In this document: positions 50,001-61,289 of the stretch, one piece after another
Position numbering within the stretch: the stretch's first letter is position 1
Layout: each line of letters starts with the position of its first letter
Notes under the pieces: model-generated
Told to the model about the DNA's origin: nothing
Databases searched by the model: none
The model's input: the letters and a program-made list of their open reading frames with translations, nothing else
Translations under genes and position numbers: made by a program
Origin: Cyanobacteria bacterium J06626_4
GTDB lineage: Bacteria > Cyanobacteriota > Cyanobacteriia > Phormidesmidales > Phormidesmidaceae
Direction of reading: 5' to 3'
NCBI GenBank assembly: GCA_038523235.1
Contig: JBCBJQ010000010.1
Span: 1 to 64,000 of the forward strand
DNA length: 64,000 nt

Positions 50001-50274
50001 TCAGCTTCGTTACGCTCTGCTGCAGCTCATAGGGGCGACCCTGATGGTCATCAATTTTGCGATAGGCCAGCGCTAGCCCCCAGACGGCCAAAATGCTATA
50101 AACGTTGTCGCGCACCCAGGCATCGGTATAGTCACCGTGGGTCGTGACCGCCGTACTGGCGGGCAGCAGGCCACTGACCGGGTGCTGCCGGAGCAAAATC
50201 AAGTCTTTAACCTGGCGATAGTAGGCATCAAGGCGATCGCTCAAGGCCGCGAGTGACGACATCTCTGAACCCAT
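47014..50274 (-). CDS. Glycoside hydrolase family 15 / phosphorylase kinase alpha-beta-like protein
   Basis: GLLPAST, AWVRDNVYS, WGHLQIDA, DYGIWERG, GCKRFLRDGH, ECEWPLF and WAQSL motifs; 1086 aa. Confidence 0.88.
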   Translation of the reverse strand: MGSEMSSLAALSDRLDAYYRQVKDLILLRQHPVSGLLPASTAVTTHGDYTDAWVRDNVYSILAVWGLALAYRKIDDHQGRPYELQQSVTKLMRGLLFAMMQQADKVERFKAAQEPLAALHAKYDTATGSTVVEDNEWGHLQIDATSVFLLMLAQMTASGLSIVFTLDEVSFIQNLVYYVGRAYRTPDYGIWERGNKLNHGKPELNASSVGMAKAALEAMDGLNLFGIQGGQASVIHVLPDEISRARLTLESLLPRESGSKEVDAAVLSIISYPAFAIESADLVRQTREKIVDKLQGRYGCKRFLRDGHQAVIEDTTRLHYEPEELLQFEHIECEWPLFFSYLYLDALFRQDARAVRFYRQRLDAIAVAQDGFPLLPELYYVPEASIAAERDRPGSQSRLPNDNVPLIWAQSLYLLGQLLEEGLLTPGDIDPLGRHARVGRQRQSTVQIALLAENETLRQELADYGIETQIAAQAEPVKVYPSAELSAVYAQIGWNPKLGLTGRPIRRLRGLTTAQAFRIQGETVVFLPSFLDPQKFYITLDYHFLVAQIRSELAYIHYHWQALGRPTMTLLLTHEMFELGRRPIHESPLLQLIQELKTGKCGEVPVVLGPLYQLLLTAGIERIDDIGVYALRDHSLRYMPWVSAYLAWVPEATQPLDVWQLFNIEQETDTASLIHTLQYSTNLYEQVELLARLLALEGLEFKTALGQPDHPLTLRDLLEEVYVKAGRHEHWLIVRRTAGLLCKIDVNLSDAMTELLVRQKYVTVGKAYSDGSLIRDPMPHSDIMDKIVQYCGEDERDRALTQEIVVYLSVLIKAEPTLFDGLLTLRVGYLILLLTSEMAREHHIPRDEAYDRLTALSPYEVKMLLRQVLASYSGLNRTLFKQESLHIKAKSAIQWRLVPDQVEAVTLKVEDWWRQRQIDGELTRLPEAFYQQMWELLHHCRGVIIGDKLDRRNRIDSESVLSEMTPGEANFARRLDHLLTKIHAPEYRHLTVEALRELAAIFQGNPDLQFDDYISLDVLTGHAVRLAWVEGRDDRLGQYEAQKGAAWSAFYGRSPKTCALYTAKALQFLVELAEAEAVDDNTADVA

Positions 50275-50628
50275 GAACTCACTACCCTCGAAAAGCTAAA
50301 GAAATCGTGAAACCAGACTACTGGATGTCAGGAATTTAAACTAGAGAACGGTTTGGTGGCAGCCGTTGATCCGCGTAAATTGCCCTTGAACCCGAATGAT
50401 TGGTCCGATCATAGCCTCGGCGCAACCAGCGATGCTAGCGCTCACCGTCGTGACTTCACCTTGTGGACCATCCAGCCGGTTCACGAGCACCTGACTATCT
50501 GCAATGATTTCGGCAAAAAGGTCGGCTTTCTACTGAATAATGGAGTCTAATCTAGTAACGCCCCCTGAGGGGCACGATCGCGGCCAGGTTACGGCAAGCG
50601 ATCGCCGAATCACGTTGAGGACTGTGCT

Positions 50629-51909
50629 GTGAGTTTTGCCACCCAAATGCGGAATGCTTTCAAGGCGTTAGCGTCGCCTAAAGTCAACGCCCCGGCGTTT
50701 GATGCGGTCACCTTTGACAGTGCCGTGATGAATACTTACGGGCGCTTTCCGCTAGCGCTAGAACGCGGTCAGGGCTGTCGCGTTTGGGATACCGACGGGC
50801 AAGAATACCTCGATTTTGTCGCGGGCATCGCCACCTGCACGCTGGGCCATGGCCATCCAGCCCTGGTCGAAGCGGTCACGCAACAGATGCAAAAGCTGCA
50901 CCACGTTTCTAACCTCTACTACATTCCAGAACAGGGCCAGCTCGCTCAGTGGCTCACCCAACATTCCTGTGCGGATAAGGCTTTTTTCTGTAACTCCGGC
51001 GCTGAGGCGAATGAAGCGGCGATTAAGCTGGCCCGCAAACATGCCCACGTCCAGCGAGACATCGAGACTCCAGTCATTTTGACGGCAAATGCCAGCTTCC
51101 ACGGGCGGACGCTGGCAACAGTCACCGCCACCGGTCAGCCCAAATATCAGAAAAACTTCAGCCCGCTGGTGCCCGGCTTTCACTATGTGCCCTTTAATGA
51201 CATCGCGGCCCTGCGAGCGGCGATCTCCCAGTTCGATCAAGGCCAACCCCAAGTTGCGGCCATTTTGTTAGAGCCCCTGCAGGGTGAGGGCGGTGTTAAT
51301 CCCGGCGATCGCGACTACTTTCAGCAGGTGCGGCAGCTCTGTGACGACACCGGCATTCTGCTGATTTTGGATGAGGTGCAGGTCGGCATGGGTCGCACCG
51401 GCCAGCTTTGGGGCTACGAAAATCTGGGCATTGAACCCGATATCTTCACCCTGGCGAAAGGCTTGGGGGGCGGCATTCCCATCGGAGCGATGTTGTGTAA
51501 GCGCGACTGCGCCGTCTTTGAACCGGGCGATCACGCTAGCACCTTTGGCGGCAATCCCTTTGTCTGTGGGGTAGCGACGACGGTGTGCCAAACGCTGATG
51601 CAAGAGCAGCTGATCGACAATGTCGCGGCGCGAGGCACCGAGCTGCGATCTGGGTTGACGGCGATCGCGCAGCAGCATCCCACCTTGTTCGCTGGAGTGC
51701 GCGGCTGGGGCCTGATCAACGGCCTAGTCTTAGCCAACGACGCCCCGATCAAATCGATCGACGTGGTTAAAGCCGCCATGGCTCAGGGCCTGTTATTAGT
51801 GCCTGCCGGCCCCAGCGTCGTGCGATTTGTGCCGCCGCTGATTGTCACGGCAGAAGAAGTCCAGGCAGCCTTAGCCAAACTGCGATCGGCCATTCTGACG
51901 CTGACCTGA
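50629..51909 (+). CDS. argD: Acetylornithine aminotransferase
   Basis: MNTYGRFP, FCNSGAEANE, SFHGRT, EPLQGEGG, DEVQ.G.GRTG, LAKGLGGG, HASTFGGNP. Confidence 0.92.
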   Translation: MSFATQMRNAFKALASPKVNAPAFDAVTFDSAVMNTYGRFPLALERGQGCRVWDTDGQEYLDFVAGIATCTLGHGHPALVEAVTQQMQKLHHVSNLYYIPEQGQLAQWLTQHSCADKAFFCNSGAEANEAAIKLARKHAHVQRDIETPVILTANASFHGRTLATVTATGQPKYQKNFSPLVPGFHYVPFNDIAALRAAISQFDQGQPQVAAILLEPLQGEGGVNPGDRDYFQQVRQLCDDTGILLILDEVQVGMGRTGQLWGYENLGIEPDIFTLAKGLGGGIPIGAMLCKRDCAVFEPGDHASTFGGNPFVCGVATTVCQTLMQEQLIDNVAARGTELRSGLTAIAQQHPTLFAGVRGWGLINGLVLANDAPIKSIDVVKAAMAQGLLLVPAGPSVVRFVPPLIVTAEEVQAALAKLRSAILTLT

Positions 51910-51917
51910 TGCCTAAA

Positions 51918-52025
51918 GAGATTTCCGGGCGCATCCCAAATTTGTCAATCCATCAATGCGTTTAGGGCGGGTATCTTGCCCGCGAGCAGGACTAGAAAAC
52001 AAAAGTGGGATGTCCTCGAAATTTC
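51918..52025. repeat. Imperfect inverted-repeat element with internal CGGG.ATCTTGCCCG palindrome
   Basis: Ends gagatttccgggcgcatcccaaattt / aaagtgggatgtcctcgaaatttc; the internal palindrome resembles the one near 25815. Confidence 0.4.
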
Positions 52026-52041
52026 CCAGCAGAAAGGCTCT

Positions 52042-52263
52042 TTAGTAGCTGTCTTCGCCATCTACGTTGTTGAGGGTCATGAGATGATTGGCGTCATCTA
52101 AGCGATCGGCGATCTCTTGTCTCACCTCAATATCGACCTCTAAGTCAGCCAAGACTTCAACAGCATCTTGACGATATTCGGCACTTTGAGCAGTGTCTGC
52201 TTGATCTAGCTTTTCCAAATTTTCGTAGACTTTGTCGGGAGAGGGATGGGCGTGTAACGTCAT
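52042..52263 (-). CDS. Small acidic hypothetical protein
   Basis: ATG-started portion (MTLHAHPS...) of the 52042..52287 ORF; very acidic, helical. Confidence 0.55.
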   Translation of the reverse strand: MTLHAHPSPDKVYENLEKLDQADTAQSAEYRQDAVEVLADLEVDIEVRQEIADRLDDANHLMTLNNVDGEDSY

Positions 52264-52886
52264 GGGATCGGCCTCGATTATTGACAAGGGTCTGAGACTA
52301 AATCACAGAGGAGAGCACATTTTAATGATGTGTTCTAGGTAGACGTGATCAATCGGGATGCAGGCTGAGACGGTCTCTCTAGATTGAAAGTTTCTCTGCA
52401 ATTTAGCTTCTAATTCGCCATTGTGTGACATTCACAGATGGTTATCTGGTATACAGAAACGAACCGTCATAGTTATGTACTGACTGAGGCGTTTATTCAT
52501 ATTTTGTAAGAACTGCCGAGTTTAGACGCGATCACCTCAAAAACTGTCGCCTTAGTGGCCGTAGCGTCATTATCTAAGTGCCAGTGCGTTTAGCAGAACG
52601 GTAAAACACTGGTGATCAAACCTCGCTAGAGTTAACAATTTCTCTTAGATTTTTGTGGCCAACGCGGCGGCAACTTTCCGCGAACACCGTCAGAGAATCT
52701 TGGGTTTGATAAGAAATGATTCAGAAAACCGTAATGATATCTGACGATTTTCTTAAGTACAGCCGGAAAAGTAATTTTCTGGATAGATAATTCTCCAACA
52801 CGCCAACGCGATCGCGCCCGCAATCCACGCTGGGTAGCGTGATTGCCCTGGCTGATCCCCTGTGATGTTTAAGGCTCATATCAATA

Positions 52887-55800
52887 ATGATTCGTCAAAC
52901 TCCGCCCGCCAAGCAAGGCCTTTACGATCCGCAGTTTGAGCATGATGCCTGTGGGGTCGGCTTTGTGGTGCAAATGAAAGGCCAAGCCTCTCACGACATC
53001 GTTGAGCAGGCGTTGACCATTTTGTTAAATCTCAATCATCGCGGCGCTGTCGGGGCTGAACCCAACACCGGGGATGGAGCAGGCATTTTGATGCAGTTGC
53101 CCCACAAATTCATGAAGAAGGTGGCGGCGGCTGAGGGGATTGATCTGCCCGAGCCGGGCCAGTACGGGGTGGGCATGATGTATGCCTCACCTGATGCGAC
53201 GGTGCGCCAGCAAAGTCGGCAAATTTTTGAAGAGATTGTCACGGCTGCGGGGCAATCGGTGTTGGGCTGGCGCGATGTGCCGACCAACAATGCCACGCTG
53301 GGAGAGACGGCGCAGGCGAGCGAACCCTTTATGGAGCAGGTGTTCATTGGCCGCAGCCCTGACTTGGCGGACGAGTTGGCCTTTGAGCGCAAGCTCTATG
53401 TGATTCGCAAGCAGTCACACATGGCAACGCGACACTCCGGCATCGATCGCTACTGGTATCCGGCCAGCATTTCTTGCCGCACCATCGTTTATAAGGGCAT
53501 GTTGATGCCGGTGCAGGTGGGCGAGTATTACCCCGACCTCAGCGATCCCGATGTCGAAAGCGCTTTGGGGCTGGTGCATTCCCGCTTTAGCACCAATACT
53601 TTTCCCAGTTGGGAGCGATCGCACCCCTATCGCTACATCGCTCACAATGGCGAAATCAATACGATGCGCGGCAACATCAACTGGATGCACGCCCGCCAGT
53701 CAATGTTTGAGTCCGACTTGTTTGGGGACGATCTGAAAAAAGCGCAGCCCATTATCAATGTGGACGGCAGCGACTCCACCATTTTTGACAACACGTTGGA
53801 GATGCTGACGCTGTCTGGGCGATCGCTGCCCCACGCCATGATGATGATGATTCCCGAGCCGTGGGCGGGGCACGAGTCGATGAGCGCCGAGAAAAAGGCG
53901 TTTTATGAATACCACGCCTGTCTGATGGAACCGTGGGATGGCCCCGCCTCGATCGCCTTTACCGACGGCACGATGATGGGGGCCGTGCTCGATCGCAACG
54001 GTCTGCGCCCCTCGCGCTACTACGTCACGACAGATGATCGGGTGATCATGGCCTCGGAAGCTGGGGTGTTACCCGTGCCGCCGGAGGCAGTGGCCCAAAA
54101 AGGACGCTTGGAACCGGGTCGCATGTTCTTGGTGGATACCAGTCAGGGCCGCATCGTCTCGGATGACGAGATTAAGCAGAGCATCGCCACGGAGCAGCCC
54201 TATCAGGCCTGGCTCGACCAAAATTTGGTGAACCTGACGGATTTGCCCGGTCACGAACAGACTAATGGATCTAATGGCAAGCATCCCGCCCCGTCTGGTG
54301 ATGCCGCCCCAGCCGCGCCGTTGGCGCAACGGCAACGGGCCTTTGGCTACACCTTCGAAGAGCTGCGGCTGCTGCTCTCGCCCATGGCCCAAAACGGCGT
54401 GGAGGCGATCGGAGCCATGGGCACCGACACGCCGCTAGCCGTGCTGTCGAACCGACCGAAGCTGCTGTACGACTATTTTCAACAGCTGTTTGCTCAGGTG
54501 ACGAACCCGCCGATCGACTCAATTCGCGAAGCGATCGTGACGTCGCCGATTACCACTATCGGCAGCGAGCGCAATTTGCTGCAGCCCGAACCCGAGAGCT
54601 GTCGCCTGATCAAGCTGAACACGCCGGTGATCAGCAACGCCGAACTGGCCAAATTAAAGGCGATCGACAGTCCTCATTTCGCTTCGATCACGCTGCCGAT
54701 GCTGTTCGATCCAAAAGCAGGCGTGACGGGACTGACGGCTGCTATTGACGCCCTTTGCCAGCAGGCCGATGCGGCGATCGCCGCCGGCACGAACATTCTC
54801 ATTCTCAGCGATCGCGACATCAGCCCGACCCAGGCAGCGATTCCGGCACTGCTAGCGGTTTCCGGCCTGCATCACCATTTGATTCGCAACGGCACCCGCA
54901 CCCGCGTCGGCCTCGTGCTGGAGTCGGGCGAACCGCGCGAAGTACATCACTATGCGGTGCTGTTGGGCTATGGCTGCGGCGCAATTAATCCCTACCTGGC
55001 CTTTGAAACCATTGACACCATGATTGCCGACGGGGTGATCACCGGCGTAGACTTTGCCACTGCCTGCAAAAACTACATCAAGGCGGTGACCAAAGGGGTG
55101 ATCAAAATTGGCTCCAAGATTGGCGTTTCCACGATTCAGAGCTATCGCGGCGCGCAGATCTTTGAGGCGATCGGGCTCGATTCCAGCGTGATTGATCAGT
55201 ACTTCACCTGGACGGCCTCACGGCTAGAAGGGGCCGATCTAGCCGTGCTGGCTGAAGAAGCGGTGCTGCGCCACGGCCATGCTTTCCCTGATCGCGACCT
55301 GCCCGATCACACGCTAGATGTGGGCGGCGACTATCAATGGCGGAAAGACGGTGAAGCCCATCTGTTCAGTCCCACCACGATTCACACCCTGCAGCAGGCG
55401 GTGCGAGCCGGTGACTACGCCCTGTACAAACAGTATTCCGCTCAGATTAACGACCACGGCAAACAGTTCTTCCGCATTCGCGATCTGCTGGAATTTAAAG
55501 ATCGGGAACCGATTCCCCTCGAAGCAGTGGAGCCGGTGGAGGCGATCATGAGTCGCTTCAAAACCGGGGCGATGAGCTACGGTTCCATCTCGAAGGAAAC
55601 CCACGAAGCACTGGCGATCGCCATGAATCGCATTGGCGGCAAGTCCAATACGGGTGAGGGCGGCGAAGATCCGGAGCGGTATACCTGGACGAATGAGCAG
55701 GGCGACTCGAAAAATAGCGCTATCAAGCAGGTCGCTTCGGGACGCTTTGGCGTCACCAGCCTCTATCTATCCCAAGCGAAGGAACTGCAGATCAAGATGG

Positions 55801-57512
55801 CCCAAGGGGCCAAGCCGGGCGAAGGCGGTCAGCTCCCTGGTAAAAAGGTGTATCCCTGGATTGCTAAGGTGCGACACTCGACGCCTGGCGTGGGCCTAAT
55901 TTCCCCACCGCCCCACCATGACATCTATTCCATCGAAGACCTGGCGCAGCTGATCCATGACCTGAAGAACGCCAACCGTCAGGCGCGGGTCAGCGTCAAA
56001 CTGGTGTCAGAGGTGGGCGTCGGCACAGTAGCCGCCGGAGTGGCTAAAGCCCACGCCGATGTGGTGCTGATCTCGGGCTTCGATGGCGGGACGGGCGCTT
56101 CGCCCCAGACCTCTATTAAGCATGCCGGACTGCCCTGGGAATTGGGCCTGGCAGAAACCCACCAAACCCTGGTGCTGAACAACCTGCGCAGTCGCATCGC
56201 GGTAGAAACCGATGGCCAGATGAAAACGGGCCGCGACGTGGCGATCGCCACGCTGCTGGGGGCCGAAGAATACGGCTTCTCCACCGCCCCGCTGGTTTCC
56301 CTCGGCTGCATCATGATGCGGGTCTGTCACAAAAACACCTGCCCCGTTGGCGTCGCTACCCAAGATCCGGCCCTGCGCAAGAACTTCACCGGCGATCCGC
56401 AGCACACAGTCAATTTCATGACCTTCATTGCTCAGGAACTGCGGGAAATCATGGCGGAGCTGGGCTTCCGCACCATTAATGAAATGGTGGGCCGGACGGA
56501 CGTGCTGGAACCGAAGCAGGCGATCGACCATTGGAAAGCCAAGGGTGTGGATGTCTCCAAGATTCTGCATCAGCCGGAGGTGGGGCCAGAGGTGGGCCGC
56601 TACTGCCAAATCCCTCAGGATCACGGCCTGGCCCAATCCCTCGACATGACGACGCTGCTAGATCTCTGTCAGCCTGCGATTGAAAAAGGCGAAAAGGTCA
56701 GCGCCACCCTACCCATCACCAACGTGAATCGGGTCGTCGGCACCATCCTCGGCAACGAAATCAGCAAGCGCCATTGGGAGGGCCTACCGGAAGACACCGT
56801 GCAGCTGCACTTCCAGGGCAGCGCCGGACAGAGCTTCTCGGCCTTTGTGCCAAAGGGCGTGACGATGGAACTGGAAGGGGATGCTAACGACTACCTGGCC
56901 AAGGGCCTCAGTGGCGGCAAGGTGATCCTCTATCCGCCCGAGGCATCAACCTTTGTCGCGGAAGAGAACATCATCGCCGGTAATGTCGCCTTTTACGGTG
57001 CGACGGGGGGTGAAGCCTACATTCGTGGTCTCGCGGGTGAGCGCTTCTGCGTTCGCAACTCTGGCGTGCGGGCGGTGGTCGAAGGTGTCGGCGACCATGG
57101 CTGCGAATACATGACTGGTGGCAAGACGGTAATCATTGGCCCCACGGGACGCAACTTTGCGGCGGGCATGAGCGGCGGCGTCGCCTACGTGCTGGATGAA
57201 GCGGGGGATTTTGCCACCCGCTGCAACACCGAAATGGTGGATCTAGAACGGCTGGAAGACCCGGAGGAGATTCTGGAACTTCACGACATGATTCAGAACC
57301 ATGTGAAGTACACGGGCAGCACCAAGGGCGATCGCGTCCTCACGGCTTGGAACGACACGGTGCCGAAATTTGTGAAGGTGATGCCCCGCGACTACAAGCG
57401 GGTGCTGCAGCACATTCAAAAGGCGCTCGCCGACGGTCTCGACGGCGACGATGCCCTGTCAGCTGCGTTTGAAGAAAACGCCCGCGACATCGCCCGCATC
57501 AGCGGCAGTTAA
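52887..57512 (+). CDS. gltB: Glutamate synthase large subunit
   Basis: [10 protein letters not shown]-terminal Cys, [48 protein letters not shown]. Confidence 0.98.
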   Translation: MIRQTPPAKQGLYDPQFEHDACGVGFVVQMKGQASHDIVEQALTILLNLNHRGAVGAEPNTGDGAGILMQLPHKFMKKVAAAEGIDLPEPGQYGVGMMYASPDATVRQQSRQIFEEIVTAAGQSVLGWRDVPTNNATLGETAQASEPFMEQVFIGRSPDLADELAFERKLYVIRKQSHMATRHSGIDRYWYPASISCRTIVYKGMLMPVQVGEYYPDLSDPDVESALGLVHSRFSTNTFPSWERSHPYRYIAHNGEINTMRGNINWMHARQSMFESDLFGDDLKKAQPIINVDGSDSTIFDNTLEMLTLSGRSLPHAMMMMIPEPWAGHESMSAEKKAFYEYHACLMEPWDGPASIAFTDGTMMGAVLDRNGLRPSRYYVTTDDRVIMASEAGVLPVPPEAVAQKGRLEPGRMFLVDTSQGRIVSDDEIKQSIATEQPYQAWLDQNLVNLTDLPGHEQTNGSNGKHPAPSGDAAPAAPLAQRQRAFGYTFEELRLLLSPMAQNGVEAIGAMGTDTPLAVLSNRPKLLYDYFQQLFAQVTNPPIDSIREAIVTSPITTIGSERNLLQPEPESCRLIKLNTPVISNAELAKLKAIDSPHFASITLPMLFDPKAGVTGLTAAIDALCQQADAAIAAGTNILILSDRDISPTQAAIPALLAVSGLHHHLIRNGTRTRVGLVLESGEPREVHHYAVLLGYGCGAINPYLAFETIDTMIADGVITGVDFATACKNYIKAVTKGVIKIGSKIGVSTIQSYRGAQIFEAIGLDSSVIDQYFTWTASRLEGADLAVLAEEAVLRHGHAFPDRDLPDHTLDVGGDYQWRKDGEAHLFSPTTIHTLQQAVRAGDYALYKQYSAQINDHGKQFFRIRDLLEFKDREPIPLEAVEPVEAIMSRFKTGAMSYGSISKETHEALAIAMNRIGGKSNTGEGGEDPERYTWTNEQGDSKNSAIKQVASGRFGVTSLYLSQAKELQIKMAQGAKPGEGGQLPGKKVYPWIAKVRHSTPGVGLISPPPHHDIYSIEDLAQLIHDLKNANRQARVSVKLVSEVGVGTVAAGVAKAHADVVLISGFDGGTGASPQTSIKHAGLPWELGLAETHQTLVLNNLRSRIAVETDGQMKTGRDVAIATLLGAEEYGFSTAPLVSLGCIMMRVCHKNTCPVGVATQDPALRKNFTGDPQHTVNFMTFIAQELREIMAELGFRTINEMVGRTDVLEPKQAIDHWKAKGVDVSKILHQPEVGPEVGRYCQIPQDHGLAQSLDMTTLLDLCQPAIEKGEKVSATLPITNVNRVVGTILGNEISKRHWEGLPEDTVQLHFQGSAGQSFSAFVPKGVTMELEGDANDYLAKGLSGGKVILYPPEASTFVAEENIIAGNVAFYGATGGEAYIRGLAGERFCVRNSGVRAVVEGVGDHGCEYMTGGKTVIIGPTGRNFAAGMSGGVAYVLDEAGDFATRCNTEMVDLERLEDPEEILELHDMIQNHVKYTGSTKGDRVLTAWNDTVPKFVKVMPRDYKRVLQHIQKALADGLDGDDALSAAFEENARDIARISGS

Positions 57513-57557
57513 CTGGGGTTGACTGCGATGCCTGCCGGCAACTTACCGCCTGCGACA

Positions 57558-57629
57558 CCTCTCCTTATGAAGGAGAGATTTATCAACACTCCGATCCCTC
57601 TCCTTATGAAGGAGAGGCTAGGTGAGGTT
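57558..57629. repeat. Two CTCTCCTTATGAAGGAGAG REP-like palindromes between gltB and gltD
   Basis: Direct repeat of a palindromic unit, same family as in 31891..32120. Confidence 0.75.
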
Positions 57630-57726
57630 CCTCAGGAGCTTGCATCTCCAACCCCGAAACCGACTGCCCATCAACTCTCTCGCTTCCCAACCAAGCACCC
57701 TTAACCCTTAACCACTCTCAAACATC

Positions 57727-59211
57727 ATGGGAAAACCAACCGGCTTTATGGAATTTCTGCGCGAGGCGGCTACCGAAGTGGCCCCCAGCGATCGCATCCG
57801 CAATTGGGATGAATTCCACCTGCACATGCCCGAAGCAAGCTTGCAGACCCAGGGCGCGCGCTGCATGGATTGCGGCACCCCCTTCTGCCACACCGGCATG
57901 GAAATCAACCGCGCGGCGAGCGGTTGTCCCATCAATAACCTGATTCCCGAGTGGAATGACCTGATTTATCAGGGGCGTTGGCAGGAAGCGCTGGATCGCC
58001 TCCATAAAACCAATAACTTTCCTGAGTTCACCGGACGGGTCTGTCCCGCGCCCTGTGAAGGGGCCTGTGTACTGGGCATCATCGAGCCGCCGGTCACCAT
58101 CAAAAACATCGAATATTCCATTGCTGAAAAGGGCTGGGAAGAAGGCTGGATTACGCCGCAGATTCCCAGTAAGCGGACGGGTAAAAAGGTGGCGATCGTG
58201 GGTTCTGGCCCCGCTGGGTTGTCCGCTGCGGCTCAGCTGAACTCTGCCGGTCATTGGGTGACGGTGTATGAGCGGAGCGATCGCCCCGGTGGCCTGCTGA
58301 TGTACGGTATCCCCAACATGAAGCTAGAGAAAGAAAAGGTGGTGATGCGCCGCCTGGATGTGCTGGAAGCGGAGGGCGTCACCTTTGTCTGCAATACGGA
58401 AGTCGGCAAAGACCTGCCCACCGAGCAGCTGATGGATGATTTTGACGCGGTCGTCCTTTGCACTGGCTCCACTCGCCCCCGCGACCTCTCGATTAAAGGG
58501 CGCGATCTCAAGGGCATTCATTTCGCGATGGAGTTTCTCACGGCGAACACCCAGGCGGTATTGAACGGTGAACCGAGTGATAACTACATTTCTGCGGCGG
58601 GCAAAGATGTGGTGATTATTGGCGGGGGTGACACGGGCACCGACTGTGTGGGCACCTCGATTCGCCACGGCTGCAACAGCGTCACCCAGCTCGAAATCAT
58701 GCCGAAGCCCCCCGTCGAACGCGCTGCCAATAATCCCTGGCCGGAGTGGCCCAAAATCTACCGCTTGGATTACGGGCAGGAAGAGGCAGCCGAGATGTTT
58801 GGCGATGACCCTCGGGCCTACACTCGCACGGCCACGAAGTTTGAGGGCGATGAAAACGGTCAGCTCAAGGCTGTGCACACCGTACAGGTCGAGTGGGCGA
58901 AGGATGAAAACGGGCGCTTTATTCCCCAACACGTTGCTGGCACTGAAAAAGTGCTGCCTGCGCAACTGGTGCTGCTGGCGATGGGTTTCCTCGGCCCCGA
59001 ACAGCCCATCATCGATGCCCTTGGCCTAGAGCAAGATGGCCGCAGCAACATCAAAGCAGAACATGAGCAATACACCACCAGCATTCCGGGTGTGTTTGCG
59101 GCGGGCGATTGCCGTCGCGGGCAAAGCCTGGTGGTTTGGGCGTTTAATGAAGGTCGGGGCGTGGCGCGGGAGTGCGATCGCTTCCTCATGGGCACCACCG
59201 AACTGCCTTAG
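57727..59211 (+). CDS. gltD: Glutamate synthase small subunit (NAD(P)H-GOGAT)
   Basis: [55 protein letters not shown]. Confidence 0.98.
   Translation: MGKPTGFMEFLREAATEVAPSDRIRNWDEFHLHMPEASLQTQGARCMDCGTPFCHTGMEINRAASGCPINNLIPEWNDLIYQGRWQEALDRLHKTNNFPEFTGRVCPAPCEGACVLGIIEPPVTIKNIEYSIAEKGWEEGWITPQIPSKRTGKKVAIVGSGPAGLSAAAQLNSAGHWVTVYERSDRPGGLLMYGIPNMKLEKEKVVMRRLDVLEAEGVTFVCNTEVGKDLPTEQLMDDFDAVVLCTGSTRPRDLSIKGRDLKGIHFAMEFLTANTQAVLNGEPSDNYISAAGKDVVIIGGGDTGTDCVGTSIRHGCNSVTQLEIMPKPPVERAANNPWPEWPKIYRLDYGQEEAAEMFGDDPRAYTRTATKFEGDENGQLKAVHTVQVEWAKDENGRFIPQHVAGTEKVLPAQLVLLAMGFLGPEQPIIDALGLEQDGRSNIKAEHEQYTTSIPGVFAAGDCRRGQSLVVWAFNEGRGVARECDRFLMGTTELP
59176..59211 (+). repeat. 36-bp gltD 3'-end repeat, copy 1 (others at 59995-60030 and 60714-60749)
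   Basis: GATCGCTTCCTCATGGGCACCACCGAACTGCCTTAG vs GATCACTTCCTCATGGGCACTACCGAACTCTCCTAG vs GATCGCTTCCTCATAGGCACTACCGAACTGCCTTAA. Confidence 0.92.
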
Positions 59212-59222
59212 CGCCTGCATCC

Positions 59223-59259
59223 AGGACCCCGGTTTCTTGAAGAAACCGGGGTCCTTTTT
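59223..59259 (+). terminator. Terminator/palindrome after gltD
   Basis: AGGACCCCGGTTTCTT-G-AAGAAACCGGGGTCCT followed by TTTT. Confidence 0.8.
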
Positions 59260-59318
59260 GGTTTTGCTAAATTGAGAGGCAAGTCCGAGAGGTTTAACGT
59301 GTTGCATTGAGCAAGAGG

Positions 59319-59963
59319 ATGGCAACATCACCTGCCGCTGAAGCCCTGCCGATCGCTCCTGCAGAAAACCGAGTCGCCTTCCAGGGCATTGATTCAGTTG
59401 CCTACCAGCAAATGAAAGCCTTGCTCAATGAACGGACTCGGGCACGGCTAACGTACGATCGCGGCACCCTTGAAATTACGACGCCCTCAGAACTGCATGA
59501 GTTTTATGCCCGCTTGATCGAGCGCTTCATCGTCATTCTGGTGGTAGAACTCGGGCTGAAAATCAAAACCCTCGGCTCCACTACGCTGGATCGCGAGGAC
59601 TTAGAGCGAGGAGCCGAACCCGACAACGGTTATTACATTCAAAACCAACCTCGAGTTGTCGGACGCCCAATCAATTTAGAGACTGATCCGCCACCGGATT
59701 TAGTCGTCGAAGTCGATATTAAGCACACCAACATTGATAAGAACGCGCTCTATGCGGCGATGGGGGTACCGGAATTTTGGCGATTTAATGGCAAAGTTTG
59801 GCGCATTTACCAGTTAAGAGACGGCGAGTATGTCGAATGCGATCGCTCCCCGATATTCCCCAGCGTCGCTAAAGACGAACTCTATCAATTCCTCGTCACC
59901 TGCCAGCAAGATGAGGTTGCAGCGGAACTCGATTTGCGATCGCGTCTCAGACAGCAATCTTAG
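59319..59963 (+). CDS. Uma2 family endonuclease-like protein
   Basis: RLTYDRG.LEI..P...HE, GSTTL, EPD..YYIQN, PPPDLVVEVDI, Y..MGVPEFWRFNG. Confidence 0.9.
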   Translation: MATSPAAEALPIAPAENRVAFQGIDSVAYQQMKALLNERTRARLTYDRGTLEITTPSELHEFYARLIERFIVILVVELGLKIKTLGSTTLDREDLERGAEPDNGYYIQNQPRVVGRPINLETDPPPDLVVEVDIKHTNIDKNALYAAMGVPEFWRFNGKVWRIYQLRDGEYVECDRSPIFPSVAKDELYQFLVTCQQDEVAAELDLRSRLRQQS

Positions 59964-60100
59964 CAGTACCAAAGACCAATATTCTGATGCAGAGGATCAC
60001 TTCCTCATGGGCACTACCGAACTCTCCTAGCGATCGCCCGAGGAATCGGGTTTCTAATAGTGCCTCTATCAGCTCAAAAAGGGAGGGAAGAAAACAGAGC

Positions 60101-60382
60101 ATGAACAGGACTCACGTAAAGAAAAGAAACCTACTCAAGTTGGCTTTTGCGCTCCTGATTTTATATGTGGTTATGGCTCTCCCAACAATTTTGTACCACT
60201 ATTTTAGCTGGGATGGGTGTGTGCGTTTTGAACCTAGCGGTGAAATAAAATTTTGCTTTTCACCTGTAGAGCGTCTACAGATCGCTTTAACTATAGGGGT
60301 AATTGTCAGCTTACCCATCACTGTAGTGATATCGGTGTTTATCTTCTTTATAAGTACAATAATCCGAAGAAGGAATAGATAA
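60101..60382 (+). CDS. Small two-TM membrane protein (AT-rich)
   Basis: Purine-rich GGGAGG upstream of ATG 60101; two hydrophobic helices flanking a Cys-Cys loop; basic C-terminus. Confidence 0.6.
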   Translation: MNRTHVKKRNLLKLAFALLILYVVMALPTILYHYFSWDGCVRFEPSGEIKFCFSPVERLQIALTIGVIVSLPITVVISVFIFFISTIIRRRNR

Positions 60383-60437
60383 CTAACGTTTTGTCCTGAA
60401 GTTCTTTTATTCGAAGAAATTGATTTTTCGTTGAAGC

Positions 60438-60713
60438 ATGAGCAATTCATCAAGAACCGGCTGATCTAGAATTGATGCCATAGCGGATGAGGATATTGAC
60501 ACCTCTAATACTCCACCTCTAGAAAGCAAATTCTTGGCCAAGGCTGAGTTACGAATGCCTGCTGCAGAGATATCTGTAGTGGCCGTCCCTGTCGATGCCG
60601 AAACTTTCATTTGGTTCCAAGCAAAAGGCAAAGAAGCAGAACAGCCTATGATCGCTGCTCTCAGAATTTACGCTGAGTCCCAAAAGCAAGCTACTCAATA
60701 CAACAAAAATCCT
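60438..60713 (+). pseudogene. BrnA-like antitoxin pseudogene, fused in frame to gltD-end repeat copy 3
   Basis: MSNSSRTG*SRIDAIADEDIDTS..PPL...F...A.LRMP...V.VD.E...WF.A.G...M.AALRIYAE; in-frame TGA at 60462. Confidence 0.65.
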
Positions 60714-60848
60714 GATCGCTTCCTCATAGGCACTACCGAACTGCCTTAACGAAGATTCTGAGCTCTCATCGTGCTAAGGAGTGGCGATACCGGATTTGCC
60801 CGGCTGGGCAAACTGGCTCTACGAGACATTCGGTAAAGGATTAAAATT

Positions 60849-61289
60849 GTGACGCATTCGCCCAATAGAAAAAAGTCCATCCTTATGGGGGTGGCAGTGG
60901 CCATAGTGGGATTGCTGGGAGCTTCAGGTTGCACAAGCGCCAACCGCGATGCTGATGTTGCTAGCGTGCCTGCGCCCCCATCTGACGTACCTGTCGATAT
61001 CTCAGGCTCACCAACAGTTCAAAACATTGCAACCGACTTTGGCACGATGGTAGTGGTCGCCTTTCCAAACGGTGATTATCAAACTTGGTTCATTAGCAAG
61101 CAAGACGGAAGAGTTACGAGTCTAGGTCATAAAACCTCTATCGCAGCGAACCGTAGTACAGATCGAATGCATATTGATTACAACTCAGACATTTATACTG
61201 AGAGCCGCGGCGGTGATGGTAGGGGTTCCTCTAGTTCCGGTACATCTGAGGTTATCCTCGGTCCGTCTCCAACGCCTAGTGCGCAGTAA
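60849..61289 (+). CDS. Putative lipoprotein
   Basis: Basic N-terminus, hydrophobic stretch, lipobox-like LGASGC. Confidence 0.6.
   Translation: MTHSPNRKKSILMGVAVAIVGLLGASGCTSANRDADVASVPAPPSDVPVDISGSPTVQNIATDFGTMVVVAFPNGDYQTWFISKQDGRVTSLGHKTSIAANRSTDRMHIDYNSDIYTESRGGDGRGSSSSGTSEVILGPSPTPSAQ

Noticed and set aside
52424..52436. TGTGA-CAT-TCACA as a CRP/SyCRP site upstream of gltB
   Set aside because: Spacer is 3 nt rather than the required 6
59987..60100. N-terminal extension of the 131-aa ORF
   Set aside because: Crosses the gltD-end repeat; ATG 60101 with a purine-rich upstream sequence is the more plausible start
59176..60749. 36-bp repeats as a CRISPR array
   Set aside because: Intervals are 700-800 bp and gene-containing, the repeat is the gltD coding end, and no cas genes are present
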